From the NCBI GenBank assembly GCA_020536535.1, contig JAHLWZ010000057.1, forward strand, positions 1 through 53,975: 53,975 bases of DNA, read 5' to 3'. Below the pieces are notes generated by a model, which saw nothing but the letters and a program-made list of their open reading frames with translations, did not search any database and was not told the DNA's origin. This document shows, in pieces, positions 12,028 to 24,813 of this stretch (the stretch's first letter is position 1; each line of letters starts with the position of its first letter). Both the position numbers and the translations under genes were made by a program. The stretch comes from Pelomyxa schiedti. Its lineage: Eukaryota; Protista; Evosea.

Positions 12028-13019
12028 CTACAGATTAGCACTCATTTGGGATACCCCTTGCGTGGTGTATGTAATTCTGCGGGGGCTGGAATCACATGAG
12101 AACTGAAATGCGGCTTCCATACACCTCCCAGACTCTACACTCGCCACGAATGCGTGCCTGTTGGATATTGTATGGAGAATCAAGACGTCTTTAGCACAGA
12201 AGTCGGGCCGCCCAAGTGATGCCGGGTGAAAGACAGGAGTTGAATCTGTAAAGGCAAGAGTTTCAGTCACCCACGTCTGTTGCAGGTTGATGCTCTTCAG
12301 CTGATAGTTGGGGGTGCCTGGAAGAACTACAACTCCTAGATCAGATTCCATGGAACTGAGGTACACTTTGGTACGCTGTGGGACTCGAATAACAACCGGG
12401 TCCAAGTATTGCTCGAGATTCACAAGCAGCAATCTCTCCGAGTCAGTTGCCACCCACCATTTGTAATTCATCACGGCCTCCAACCCCAACTGACTGGTAG
12501 CATCAATCAATTTCGAACTCCTCTTTTCCTTGCAGGTATCATCATGAGTCTTGATGTTGTACTGTCTCTCATTGATTCTCTCAACAACGTAGGTCTGGTT
12601 AGCGCCTTCTATCCATTTATGCGCAGGCCGGTTGTTGAAGCACGCCAATTCTTTTGTGTACTTTGGAAATAGACCGAGAGTGAGCACTGAAATTCCAAAA
12701 GTCCACAGTGTGTCGGTGCACTCATGTATCCCACTCTCACCAGAACACACACTTATACTGAAGAATCTCACTGAGAACTGACAACCCACTCCCAGACGAG
12801 CCTGGGAACCAATGAAGGGTCCCACGAGATCTCTTTTGACAACACAACGTGGAGTGCACTCTGACTCCCACACCTCCCATGAAGGCTCGTACAAAATGCT
12901 AGAATCTGAGTCGGGGCATCAAACCGGTTGGAGTTGGGCAACTTTCCAAAGAAACGGTTGGCCTTGTCCAGATAGAGTGCCCACCCCACATCGCGGTCAT
13001 TGCCCTGCCCCAAAGCCAT
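12028..13019 (-). pseudogene. Intronless member of the QxxAxxxxxxxRCG family with an apparent 1-nt frameshift near 12770
   Basis: The N-terminal motif TQILAFCTSLHGRCGSQSALHVV..LVWEWVV is in one frame; the 288-aa remainder (RFFSISVC..TLWTFGISVLTLGL..) is in another. No intron explains the shift. Confidence 0.55.
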
Positions 13020-13269
13020 TTTCCCCCACACTGCTACGGTTTTTGTAATACAAAATGGGGGTCAAGATCCGGATCTTTGAGTAACTGTTGGCAGGGAACT
13101 GCTGCCAATTTACCACACTCTGAAATTTAAATTTAGCTTTCTTCACAATGAGGATTCCTTCAGATCCGTTGGCACCTAGAAACTCACTCAAGCCTAACCC
13201 GTGCACAGGGGGTTTATAGGTTTCTTGTTCCCTTGTACTACAAGTAACATGTTTTACAGCAGAATCAAT

Positions 13270-14424
13270 TCATAGAACACCAGCGAGATAGTAATTCTCA
13301 ATTGACATTCTTAGGAGAACACACCCAGTCGCAGCCTCAATGATCTCAAGGGTCTTTGTTGTTGGGTCATGGATGCCTAGATCCTTGACAATGAGCTGAT
13401 TCCCAAAATGTGCCTTGACAGAGAACCAGTGACACCTATAAGTACAACACACCTTTGATGGTTCTGTGACACTGCATACGTCAATAACGCCTTCGTCGCC
13501 AGACTCGACGGCATAGTACGGCCCACCCAGTGCACTCGGCCAGCCTTTACAATGCATCGCAGTGTTCCGCCCATTTTCCAAGCACAGCACCTCGGCATCA
13601 TACGACAACAGTGCATAGGTCATTCCCTTCCAGCATATGATCTTTTCGATGGACCCTCTCCCCTCAGGAAACGACGAGCTGATGACCAGCGACTTCTGTG
13701 CCAGGGTTGCGTCCAGGTCAATGACAATGCACCGGCGGCAGCCGCAGTAAACCTCCGAAGCAACCAATGAGCCATCGCCACAGAACTCGGCTGTTTGCAC
13801 CCTCCATGGCATGGCAATGTGCTCTGCCTTTTTGACACTGCCGGTGTCTACGGAATCGAAATTCCACAGCGAGATTCTGGATCTGGAAGGCAGCTTCCCA
13901 ACAGCCCACCTCCTGCAAACGAATGGCACGCCCTCACAGAGGGACGAGGAGTCGGTGAGAATCAGATCCGGCAGTTGGCATTTGGTGTCAACCACACTCA
14001 GAACACTTGGCGAAAAGCCGACTTGTGATTCGACGAGAGCGAACCTCACGCCTGACGAGAATGGGCCGACCCAACCTCGGAATTCGCCGGTGAAGCAGAA
14101 CAACTTGGGGAGCGCGGCGAGGCCGTGGGTCGGCGACACGCTGAACGCGACGTACTTATGGGTGTTGTTGCTGCTTGAGCCGCCGTCGTCGCTTCGGACC
14201 ACCGCGTCGCGTACGGTCAATACAACGTCGCGAGCGGGGAACACGACCCAATCGCGGCCGATGATTGACAAGGACGCAGGGGTGAGCACCGAGACTGGGC
14301 TGCCGATGTCGCGGCCGCACCGTCCCACAATCACTCCTGCACCAAACGCGATGAGTTGGTTGCGCGCATCGATGTGGTCCTTGAACGACACCCCAACGGC
14401 ACCGCAACTGTCCTTCACATCCAT
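13270..14424 (-). CDS. Intronless 384-aa protein of a lineage-expanded family (N-terminal DARNQLIAFGAGVIVGRCG motif)
   Basis: Single ORF; collinear paralogue of 14512-15657 (shared RFALV, CRRWAVG, SLWNFDSV, KAEHI, ICWKG, GGPYYA, YYxxGVL*). Confidence 0.85.
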   Translation of the reverse strand: MDVKDSCGAVGVSFKDHIDARNQLIAFGAGVIVGRCGRDIGSPVSVLTPASLSIIGRDWVVFPARDVVLTVRDAVVRSDDGGSSSNNTHKYVAFSVSPTHGLAALPKLFCFTGEFRGWVGPFSSGVRFALVESQVGFSPSVLSVVDTKCQLPDLILTDSSSLCEGVPFVCRRWAVGKLPSRSRISLWNFDSVDTGSVKKAEHIAMPWRVQTAEFCGDGSLVASEVYCGCRRCIVIDLDATLAQKSLVISSSFPEGRGSIEKIICWKGMTYALLSYDAEVLCLENGRNTAMHCKGWPSALGGPYYAVESGDEGVIDVCSVTEPSKVCCTYRCHWFSVKAHFGNQLIVKDLGIHDPTTKTLEIIEAATGCVLLRMSIENYYLAGVL

Positions 14425-14511
14425 CGGCTTTCGTTCACGGAATCCACCACTAGATCATCATCACATGTTGTGGAAGAAATAAACCCAGAAGAATTCTTCG
14501 TCTGATTTCCT

Positions 14512-15657
14512 TTATAGAACCCCAGAGGGATAGTACTTGTCAATGTTCATTTGGAGGACACCACACCCAGTCAGGGCATCAATCACTTGAATGCCCTTGG
14601 GCTTTAGGGGACCACGTGTATACTTGACAATCAGCTCCTTCCCAAAATGCAATAATTCAGAGTCCCACAGAACCCTGTGGGTACAACACACCTCTGATGG
14701 TGCTGTCACACTGCAGACATCAAGGATACATTCCTGGTCACTATCACCAGTGTGTGCTATTGCATAGTACGGTCCACCAACAGGCTGTGACCAGCCTCGG
14801 CAATGCATTGCAGTCTTCTGTCCATTTGTCAGGCACAACACCTCGTTATCCACTGACAACAGGGCGTAGGTAATTCCCTTCCAGCAAATAAGGCTCCCAA
14901 TGCATTCCTTCCCCTCAGCAAACGACGATCTGATGACCAGCTTCTTCTGTGCCAAAGTTGCCTCCAGGTCAATCACTATGCATTGACTGCTCCCCGAATA
15001 AGCTCTCGATATAACCAAAGACGCGTCACCATCAAATTCCACTGTTTGAACCTTCCACGGCAATAGAATGTGCTCTGCCTTATTTACAGTGCCGGTCTCC
15101 ACAGAATCGAAATTCCACAGTGAAGCCACAGTTCTTGTCAACAAGCCCGCGCTCAGTGTTCCAACAGCCCACCTCCTGCAACTGCTCAATACACCCAGAG
15201 AGTCCAATATGTCAGTGAGAATCACATCCTCCAACTGGCCCTTGGTGTCAACCACACTCAGAACACTCGATGCGCCCGTACATCGTGACACGAGAGCGAA
15301 CCTCACGCCTGACGATAATGGGCCCACCCAACCTTGGAATTCGCCGTTGCAACTGCGCAGCACGGGCAGTGTGACCAGGCCGAGTGTGGGCGAAACGCTG
15401 AACGCGACGTACTTGTGGGTGTGATGGCCGTTGTGGATGCCGACCACGACCTCCCGTGCGGGGAACACGATCCATTCGCGGCCGATGATGGACAAGGACG
15501 CCGGGGAGAGCATCGACACTGAGCTGCAGCGGCCACACCGTCCCACAATTACGCCGGTGCCCAGAGCGATGAATTGGTCCCGCACGTCGATTGCTCGTCG
15601 AATGAATTCATCAGTTCGCTTCCGTTCGCGGAATTGGAAATGATGACAACTCGTCAC
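14512..15657 (-). CDS. Intronless 381-aa tandem paralogue (DVRDQFIALGTGVIVGRCG motif)
   Basis: Single ORF, collinear with 13270-14424. Confidence 0.85.
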   Translation of the reverse strand: MTSCHHFQFRERKRTDEFIRRAIDVRDQFIALGTGVIVGRCGRCSSVSMLSPASLSIIGREWIVFPAREVVVGIHNGHHTHKYVAFSVSPTLGLVTLPVLRSCNGEFQGWVGPLSSGVRFALVSRCTGASSVLSVVDTKGQLEDVILTDILDSLGVLSSCRRWAVGTLSAGLLTRTVASLWNFDSVETGTVNKAEHILLPWKVQTVEFDGDASLVISRAYSGSSQCIVIDLEATLAQKKLVIRSSFAEGKECIGSLICWKGITYALLSVDNEVLCLTNGQKTAMHCRGWSQPVGGPYYAIAHTGDSDQECILDVCSVTAPSEVCCTHRVLWDSELLHFGKELIVKYTRGPLKPKGIQVIDALTGCGVLQMNIDKYYPSGVL

Positions 15658-15821
15658 GACTGGGGGATCAGGTTGATAAGTTTTGAAACTTGTGTCACCC
15701 GCAAGAGCTGTTGCTGTGACCTTCTTCTTTGTTGTTGCTTTGACATGTCAATCGGTGTTTATTGATCAACTGTCCTCCTCGGAAAAAAGTTCTTTGAACA
15801 GGGGGTCACAGTAATTTGACG

Positions 15822-17166
15822 ATGCGGATCGTCATACGAGACACAGCGGGGGAGGTGTCAGAGTGGGTCGCTGCCTACATAAAGTAACTACCCCGTTATT
15901 AATACCCCCAATCAGAAAATAAACACATTAAAAAAGCCAATCACCCTACTGTTATATCCAAACAAACCGGTACTAGGAGAAGAATTCTGGATTATGAGCC
16001 CACACCACAACGACCCTTTGTTCTTGGTCTTCCTACTGGTTCCTCGCCTATTGGTACTCTTTTTCTTCTTCTTCTTCTTGTTTTTAACATGGGGACACAG
16101 CAACATACAAAAAACTTATTGAGTATTATCAGAAGGGTGAACTGAGCTTTAAGAATGTTGTCACATTTAACATGGATGAGTATGCCTGTATCAACTCAAA
16201 ATGCAACTCCAAAACAAAACACAAAAAGATATGTTGGACTCCCTGAGACACATCCGCAGTCCTACCACTACTTCATGCACGAAACTTTCTTCAAGCACAT
16301 AGACATCCCAACGGAAAATATTAATATCCTTGATGGAAACGCTACCGATTTGCTAGCCACATGCATAGCTTATGAGGAGAAAATCAAAGTTGGCTTTCCC
16401 ATGCCGGGTAGATTTGTATTAACACCAAACACCACGCATTAGGCACTAGGAGGAATTGAGCTTTTCCTTGGCGGAGTTGGTTCTGACGGCCATATTGCTT
16501 TCAACGAACCTGGTTCCTCGTATGTGCATGTATTTTACCTTCTATGTCCCATTTTTCCCGAAACTTCATTTTCACCTTTTTTTTTAATTTGTTACCAAAC
16601 TAACAAACAAAGGCTAACATCACGCACACGACTCAAAACACTTTCCTATGAGACAGTGTTGGCCAATGCCAGGTTCTTTGAAGGCAACACATCGCTTGTC
16701 CCAAGAAGAGCCCTCACTGTGGGTGTGGGTACTATCATGGATGCTAATGAGGTTGTTGTCATCATTACCGGCCGAAGCAAGGCCATGGCACTCAACAAGT
16801 GCGTGGAGGAGGGTGTCAACCACATGTGGACTGTGTCTATCCTGCAGATGCACCAGAGGTACCTATACCTTGATATCCTCTCAAAATTGTGGTATTCAAG
16901 CTAATTTGTGTGTTAGGACTATAGTGGCATGCGACGATGATGCCACTGATGAATTGCGTGTGAAGACCGTGAAGGTTGGTTGTATGTTTATTTGGGTTTT
17001 TGTGTGACTTGAATTGCAGTACTTCAAGGGGCTGCAGAGAGTATATAATGATTTGCTGGAGAACTCGACAAGGGAGCTAGCATCGTGGAACCCACCCCCA
17101 TCCACAGGAACACCCCCACCCACTATTCCAACAACTCCAACAACCCCAACCACATCCCGATTATAG
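15822..17166 (+). CDS. GNPDA: Glucosamine-6-phosphate deaminase
   Basis: [96 protein letters not shown]. Confidence 0.97.
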
Positions 17167-17303
17167 TCAGATGAAAAGAAAAGGATACTCACTGATAAGG
17201 TCCTGGTAATTCCTGAATTTTTTTATTTTCAGTCCCTTTTTTTATAATCGGGATGTCTGTGTCTGTGGAAACGTTATTTTGAAGGCTGGAGGAAGAAGGG
17301 AGG

Positions 17304-20171
17304 TTACTTGGTGTAAAGTGTATTCATGATTGGGATCCTAGTGGTGCGACTTGTTGTAGAAACTGTGAGGCATTCATCAACTCAGTTGTGCCGTAAATAA
17401 TCCGCTTGAGCTGCGGTGATCTCTGTGTGTAAGTTAGGGTCATTCTATTTTGTTTCCGAAGGGAATTCTGACTTTGGCGTAATCCTGAAGATTCTGGTAT
17501 TCAATGTAGTTGCCACCCCCGATAACAAATACAATTGCGTCTCGGAATGGCGTGGTCTTCCTTGGTATGAGCGACGTAACAGAAGCTCCAGATGTAGAGG
17601 GTCTCGTGGGCACAATAACCTTTGGGTCCAGGTACAGATAAGTGTCATCGGCGGTGGCAGCGGCCCCACCTGTGAGGCCACCCTTGAGTTCCATCAAGCT
17701 ATCAACAATCCGGGTCATGTGTCTGTAAGAGTGAGAACATGAGCAATGGCAATTTTGTGTTCATACAAGTCTTTACTTTTAGGCAGCAACGCTTGTACCC
17801 CTCCAACCAACTTGTCAAACACTCCGGAGATATTCTGGTTAATGTTGGTGAGACATGCAATGCATAGGGAAAAAATGATACCAGCCAAGAGGAGGCAGTT
17901 GGTTTTGACGCGGCAGATGTGGTGCTCAGTGTAGCCTGCAAATTATCACTGAAAGTTCTGTTCCTAAAGGGAAAAATGAGCTTGGAATCTTTCATGGAGG
18001 CTAGTAACCCACCTTACCTTTTGATATAATTTACAATATTCAAGTCAGCGCCCGAAGTGGATAGGGCTTGTTCTATTTCTCGTTGTACATCGGCACTGGG
18101 TGGTGGAGTTGTTGACAAAAGGTATATTAAGTACAATCGAAGTTTGTCATTTGGCGTTCCTTCTTTTGTGGGGTCTGTGAGAATTGCATATATTTCTTTG
18201 GTATCCTACAAAACAGTAAATTGTGGAAATCTCGAGGAGAAATACCAAGTAAGAATGGGTCATGAGAGTTTCTTCATAAGAGAAGAAAACATCCAGGGCT
18301 CTGTCCTGCACTTGAATAAGAAACGTCAGTAATTTAGTAGTACTCTTACCTTTATTTGTCTGAGCAAGGCAGTTGCTATTTCAGTGTGGATATCCGCTAT
18401 CTTTTTGTTTTCTCGAAGTTGTGGAACGCGATCAACGAACTTCGTAAAGTTGCCATCCACCAAGCTCGTCTTACTCGGTAGAGAAGCTGGTGTGGCAGCC
18501 GCTGTTGTATTCAGGTCCTCTTTTTGTGGTGTATCGGCGCCGCCTAGAGCATTCAACTCGTTCATGGCAGTTTGGTACTCGGTTACACAAGCCTTAATTT
18601 GTGTGGCCACAGTGGGGAATGGTAATCCTGCTGTTTGAACCCAAAATGCCTGGGTGGTATCAAGATCGTATTTATGAATGACAGGAGAAGTTGAGGGGGG
18701 TGCTGTGCTGGCACTCTCTGGTTTTGGTTCTTCTGGTACCTTTTTTATGTGTTGTCAACAACCAAGATTGTGAGGGTGAAGTGTTCATACAGGGACTTTT
18801 ACTCGGTTCAGTGCAAATTCCAATAAGTCGTGTATCAATGCCTGGTATGTCCAGGGATGGGCAACCATTACAGAGAGGTCCACATTACGCTCTATAATGA
18901 CAAGTACTAAAAATATGATAAATCTCCAAAAAGAACGGAAGAGGGTAACGAACAAGGTCTCCGCATGGAGTATGACGAGACACCACCCTCCTTTTGTATT
19001 TGTGCCCGAAGGAGGCCATTCAACTTTCCTGCAACCATTTCAGCCACAGAATTTTTTGGTGCACGGATGATGGGAATTACTCTCTATCAAATCAGTAAGC
19101 CTTAAGCTGACAAAAAGAGGTACCATACCAACGTAAAAAGAACAGAAAATAAGTTCTGACTGACCTTATCAACGAAGGCTTCAGCCTCAGAGTCACTACG
19201 AGAGTGATCGTTGAAGGCCAAATACGAACCAGACATATTCAAGTCAAAAAATTCGTTTTCCAGTGAAAAGAAGTCTAAATATTGATCATAAACCTGTGAT
19301 TTGGTAAGTGGATAAAAGAGAGGTACCATACGGAAAGACAACCTTTTGTATTTTATGTGCACTGTTTGTTTGAACAGTTTTAATTGCGATCTGTTCGAGC
19401 ATTGGATGTGGTACAGGAGATGCGAAATTCAGGCAGAAGGATTGATACAGGGAGTCTGCGCAATCCTACCATAACACTTAGCCTCCAACCCCAGCCTAAA
19501 GTACTACCACAATACCTTACACAGCCGCTCAATGTTGTTCTGCGTTGGGCGCATAAAATATATCGCAGGTGCATCAGGTATAGGTTGCCTGTCCGAATCA
19601 ATTGGCCTAAACCAGGGGGGGAAAAAAAAAAGTCAATTTAAAAAACTAAAACAAAATAGAACCAAGAGGCCAAATAACAAGTGTATTACGATGCAAAGGT
19701 TTGGGGTCCGAAAGAATAACAAACACACACAAACACACACATTGAGACGAGACATGACACACACACACACACACACACACATACATAGTGAGTGTTACGC
19801 CGTTGTTTCTAAAGTCACCGACGCGCAGCAGCAGAGCCAGCACGTCCCCGCAGTACTGGTCAAACACAACCACCTTCCATGTATCCGGTGCTGCCATCGT
19901 CACCGTACTTGCACCACTAGTAGCAGACGTCGACGACGAGGACGAGGACGAGGAGGAGGAACCACTGTTCTTGGCAGCACTCCCCTGCAACATTCCCACA
20001 ATGGCAGCTAGTAGTACCCCGGGTGTTATTGGTTTTGGGTAGTTAGTTTCGGAAACCCTCCATCGCGCGCACAACCAACACAACGAGCGTGTGCGCGTGC
20101 GCGTGTATGTGTGGGTATGTGTCTGTGTTACCTGTCTGCCGCTCTCGCACTGAGAATGAGAAGTCGTTCAT
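17304..20171 (-). CDS. SLY1: Sec1/Munc18 family protein Sly1 (SCFD1)
   Basis: [44 protein letters not shown]; [15 protein letters not shown]; [17 protein letters not shown]; [19 protein letters not shown]. Confidence 0.93.
19757..19780. repeat. (CA)n microsatellite in a SLY1 intron
   Basis: Direct reading of the sequence. Confidence 0.85.
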
Positions 20172-20321
20172 GGCTCCCACCACCTTATTGTGTGTTTGAT
20201 TCAGTGAAAAAGTCCAGTCACTGGTGGGAGCTCAAGAACAATTTTTTTGAGGCTGTTAAGTTGTCTACCAGGAGGAAGGATAAAAAGTTTGCAGAGTTTC
20301 TGGCTTACATTTTTCATGATG

Positions 20322-22643
20322 CTATGGGAGTAGGTTTTTGTTCTTGAGAAGGGAGTATTGGTTCCACGAGTTCTTGATTCCATTGATGGACCATGACACC
20401 CAGAACGAGCGCAGTAACGGGTTGGGGGAGTGAGGCGCGTCCAGGAATAGCCACTGCTTGACAACCTTCCAGTTCTCGGCATCGCCGGCATAGTCCGGCT
20501 CTGACTGCCCCGGGAATGTCATGTCTACCAGGTAGTGGCACTGTGTCAGCGGAGTGTACCGCGTGGGCTCTTCTAGGTTCAGGTCGTTCATGTGGTCCGG
20601 AATGTCCCAGGTGTTGGCGCCGTACCTTGTTCCGCGAGTTAGAATTGTGGGGGTTTTTTTGGGGTACAAGGGGAATAAAGGATAGTTTCAACTTACGGCT
20701 GGGGAAGCTGCCCAGTGAAATTGGATTTTACGAAGCGGATGTGGAATCTGTCTCCGGGCAGGAAGAAATTGCTGTAGAAGCGGTACCACTCTTTTCCAAC
20801 ACAGATGTTCACATCCCCCGAGATAGGGTATGTCATGTCTCTACCCCCTTTCAGTTCTTCCAAACTAAGGTATTTGTACAATTCCATTGGTGCGCCATAA
20901 CTATTCTGTGTGAAATTGTTACTATTGCAAGTAGGATCATATTACTTACATGCAAGTTGATGATGCGGGATACGCTCAACAGTACAAATGGAACAAACAC
21001 CATAATGTAATACATTGAAATGAGGATAGAACTGCTTGTTACATGACGGATGATGGAACGCAGAACTTTAGCGATTGCCACAAGTGTAATTGAACCGCAT
21101 AGGCATACAAAAGGATATACAACTGACAAAAATCTTTCTTCTTTGTGTGGTTGTACTGTCATAATGGCCAGCCAGATCCAGAGCGGAATAGTTGCAACGA
21201 CGGATACAAACTGAGATGCCCTCCTAGTGCCTAGTAATGGAAGTAGTGCGGCTATGAATGGTCCGGGAAGAGCGAGCAAAAATGCAACGTTGAAATTGAG
21301 ACAGCCTAGTGAATGTCAAAGTAACTCTTTCATAGTGGAAAGGAAACCGTTGAATAAGTAGAAATACACGGGCTCCACTCCATATAACTCCGAGCTCGTG
21401 GATTTGCTGAAAACATTGTATAGTAGAATCTAGCTTTTTCTGAGTACTAACAATACAGTAGCTGGAGATTACATTCAAAGGAGCAATTACAAGTTTGTGG
21501 TAGAAGTGAAAGTCTACAGCGACAACAACACCAAGAGTAACACCAAAGGCGAACACAGAGCATAATATGAGCTGAGTGGTTATTAGTGTGAATTTTACTT
21601 AGAAACCATTCCTTGCCTTGAAGAAGGACTGAGTAACTAGCATTCGGAAAGCAACAGGAACGGCCAGAACAGCGGCGAAAGGCCAGCCAAGAATAACAGC
21701 AAACGAGAACATGCTGATGCATATGAAGGTCCATAATGAAGTTCCACTTCCATTGCGGTTTTCTGTGGCCAACCAAGCCGCATAGGCACACATAATGCAT
21801 ATCATGCTAAAACTACTCGGAAGAAACGCTGTGCTGCTGATGTGTAACGCAGGGGAGAACACACAAAAAACTGCTGTTGCAGCTCCAACTGCACGCCCAA
21901 AAACTCTTGAAACTTGGGTTATAAAAGCTACTTCCACAATTCCACATATGATGCCGAGAAATCCTCTTTGTGAAGGATATTAAAAATGAGGTACCAAAAA
22001 AAGGGGTGGAGCATGAAGAAAAAAATACCTGATGGAGAAAAACATCACGAGCTCATGAAATCCTTCCCCAGCACCAGTAAAAATAATGTGGGAAACAAAA
22101 CTAGCAGCGCGGCCCACCACAGCATGCAACCCAATATATGCATACGAACGTAGTGCATATTTTCCACTATATTCCCAAGTTTGTAATCCTCTTCCTCCAC
22201 TCGTCAGGAAATGTGTTGGTTCCCTGTGCTCAGTGTTATTATCACTAATATAACTAATGATTATAAAAGTGGCCAAACAACACTGGAAAAAAGGAATCCA
22301 ATACGGGACATTGTGTAATTCTAATTACTAACTAATTAAATTGACATGTGTCCAATTTGATCGTACCAACCAGTAATTCATGGATTCGTCGCAATCGGCG
22401 ATTGTGCAAGTGCCTGCAGAATAAAGTGTAGACGCGAAAACAGCGCAACAAATCAAAACTAATTCCAATTTAGACAGCCCCGTCGCGCCTCTTGGCTCCT
22501 TGGCCTTGTACTTCCCATCATCTTGTTTGGGTCATCTGGTGTCTCCAAAAAAAAATGCAGGAAAGCACACCGTTTGCAACGTGCACGTGCTTGGTCTTTG
22601 CGGGTGTCTTCGCAGACGTGTCCTTGTGTCTCCTTCGCTGCAT
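20322..22643 (-). CDS. ALG9: Alpha-1,2-mannosyltransferase ALG9 (GT22)
   Basis: IADCDESMNYWEPTHFL..GLQTWEYSGKYALRSYAY; STAFLPSSFSM; GWPFAAVL; QPHKEERFLSVVYP; CVGKEWYRFYSNFFLP; NDLNLEEPTRY..CHYLVD. Confidence 0.95.
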
Positions 22644-22844
22644 CTTTTTTGATGCAAAAGCAGTTCCACAACGAAACGATTTTTTTCTACAGTTTGATAG
22701 GGGTGTATTTTTGTTTTATCTCACATTCTATTGACTGGAGGTCTGCCATGTGCTGCTCATAAGCCTCTGTTGTTCCAGTCTTAGACCTCCAGGCTGAGGC
22801 TCTGTGCAACACCACTTCATACTGTTGTTAATACAAAGTCAGTT

Positions 22845-24813
22845 TCACCTATGTTGAAGCTTTGTGGTTCTTTTTGTTTTCCTTACCCTGGTTTTATCTT
22901 CACATGGGATGGTAGAACCAAGTTTCTCCAGCAGTGAGCCTATGTCACTGGTCTTCACAAGCAGATTAATATCTTGCATTGTAAGGCGTCCAGGGTCTCC
23001 TCTGATGGCAACCGGGGGTCTGTTGGTTAGTATAGCTGCCGTAACACGCACAATCCCATCCACATCCACTTCCACAGTGACCTCAACTTGCGGAACTCCC
23101 CTTAGGGCCGGTTGTATGCCTTCCACGTTCATCTTGTAGATAAGCTTGCATTTGGATGTCAGGTTGGATTCGCCTTGGAATACTTGTATCTGAACTCCGG
23201 GTTGATTGTCCGCGGCAGTGGAAAATACTTGCGACCTCGTGCTTGGGATGGTAGTGTTTATTGGAATCAACGGGGTTGCTACGCCTCCGGCTGTTTCCAG
23301 TGATATCGTATGAGCAATGGCATCTAAGGTAAGAAGGTTGCTCAACCTTCCTAATATGCCGGATCTTGATGCGGAGTCCAGCGCAGAGCCAAGAGCGGCT
23401 CCAGATTTTAGAGAGGCGTCAAATTCGGGTTCATTGAAGAACTCTCGCATTAGTTGTAGGAGCCGTGGGATTTCAGTAGAGCCTCCTACAAGAATGACTG
23501 CACACCAAGTGAATAGAGGAACTCAGCATTGTCAGCTTACCATTTCGTATTGACTCCTTCTCAAGGTGTGCCACACGGAGGAGGTGTTGCAGACTATCCA
23601 TCATAGATACAAATAAATCTGAGCATATTACTTCGAACTTTGACCGACTGATAACTGTAAGGTAGTCCTGGTTTTCAAACAATCGAGGGAGTTCAATAGT
23701 CACCATAGCCTGCGACCAGAAAAAGATGTGAACACTTTGTTTTATTTCTTTTCTTATTTTTATAATACCTGAGTGGATAAAAGTATTTTCGCACGATCAC
23801 AGGCACTATACAGGCGTGTTGTTACGACTGCATCTTTTGAGCAATCCTTATTCCACGTGCTTTTGATATGGTTTTGACAGTATTGCACAAGCCGGGTGGT
23901 AAACGCATCCCCACTGACATTGAGGTTTCCAGAAGTGGCTCTGACTTCTATCACGTCGTCTTCAAGTGCTACTACCGTGGCCTCGAATTTTGAATATCCT
24001 ACGTCAACCACCATGATATTACGCTCCTCAGGCATTAGTGGCAATCTCCAAGTAAAAGCGAGGGCTATAGCAGAACTACTACTTATGATGCGAGATTTTT
24101 TGAATCCAGCAATCTTGGATGCCTCTTTTATAGCTAGTCTTTCGGGGTTGCACAGAACCCCAGCGCACCTACAATATATAATGATCACACATACCACAAT
24201 AGCACAGTAACAATAAGAATGACAAGCTGCATCGGCGAAACAAATGGGGGGGTGCAAGTTCACATACATACGAAATAATGGCGCTGGATACAGTGTGCCC
24301 CAAGTGCCCTTCCGCCGTCGCCCTCATCTTCTTCATCAACGCAGCCCACACCATCACGTCCTCCCCCCTGCCCTCCCGCAGCCTCCGCGTCTCCCGCAGC
24401 CCCACCGCCACCCCGCCCATCCGCAGCCCTCTGCCCCTCTACCAGTAGTACTCCACCCCTCCCACTCCATTTACAGCCACGCCCTGCCTCAACCCTCGCC
24501 CCGGCTGCTACCTACTGCGTCGTAACACCGTCGAAGTCCACGGCAAAATGGCGGGTGCCGCTAACTTCAGAAAACTCCCGCCACTGTCGAGATCCGCGCT
24601 CCCACGGGGCCCGGCGGCGGAGTGCCCAGGGCACAGATCCCCGTCGCTGTCAGGGGCCGCCTTAACACGCCGCATGCACACGCCTGGCAGTGGCAACCGC
24701 GGGCAACGCACGCACGTCACGTGGCTCATCCCCAGTTCAATCCCAACGCCGTCGTGCCATACTTCGCCTTCTTGCCGACGTGCCATTTTCGTTATTGTGG
24801 AGCTCCAAGGCAC
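22845..24813 (-). CDS. Atypical Hsp70-family protein (degenerate ATPase motifs, no helical lid or EEVD)
   Basis: VGIELGMS; [20 protein letters not shown]; [13 protein letters not shown]; [15 protein letters not shown]; VGGSTEIP; [29 protein letters not shown]; [21 protein letters not shown]. Confidence 0.85.

Noticed and set aside
17090-17166. Pro/Thr-rich tail on GNPDA
   Set aside because: Short low-complexity extension, common and not informative.
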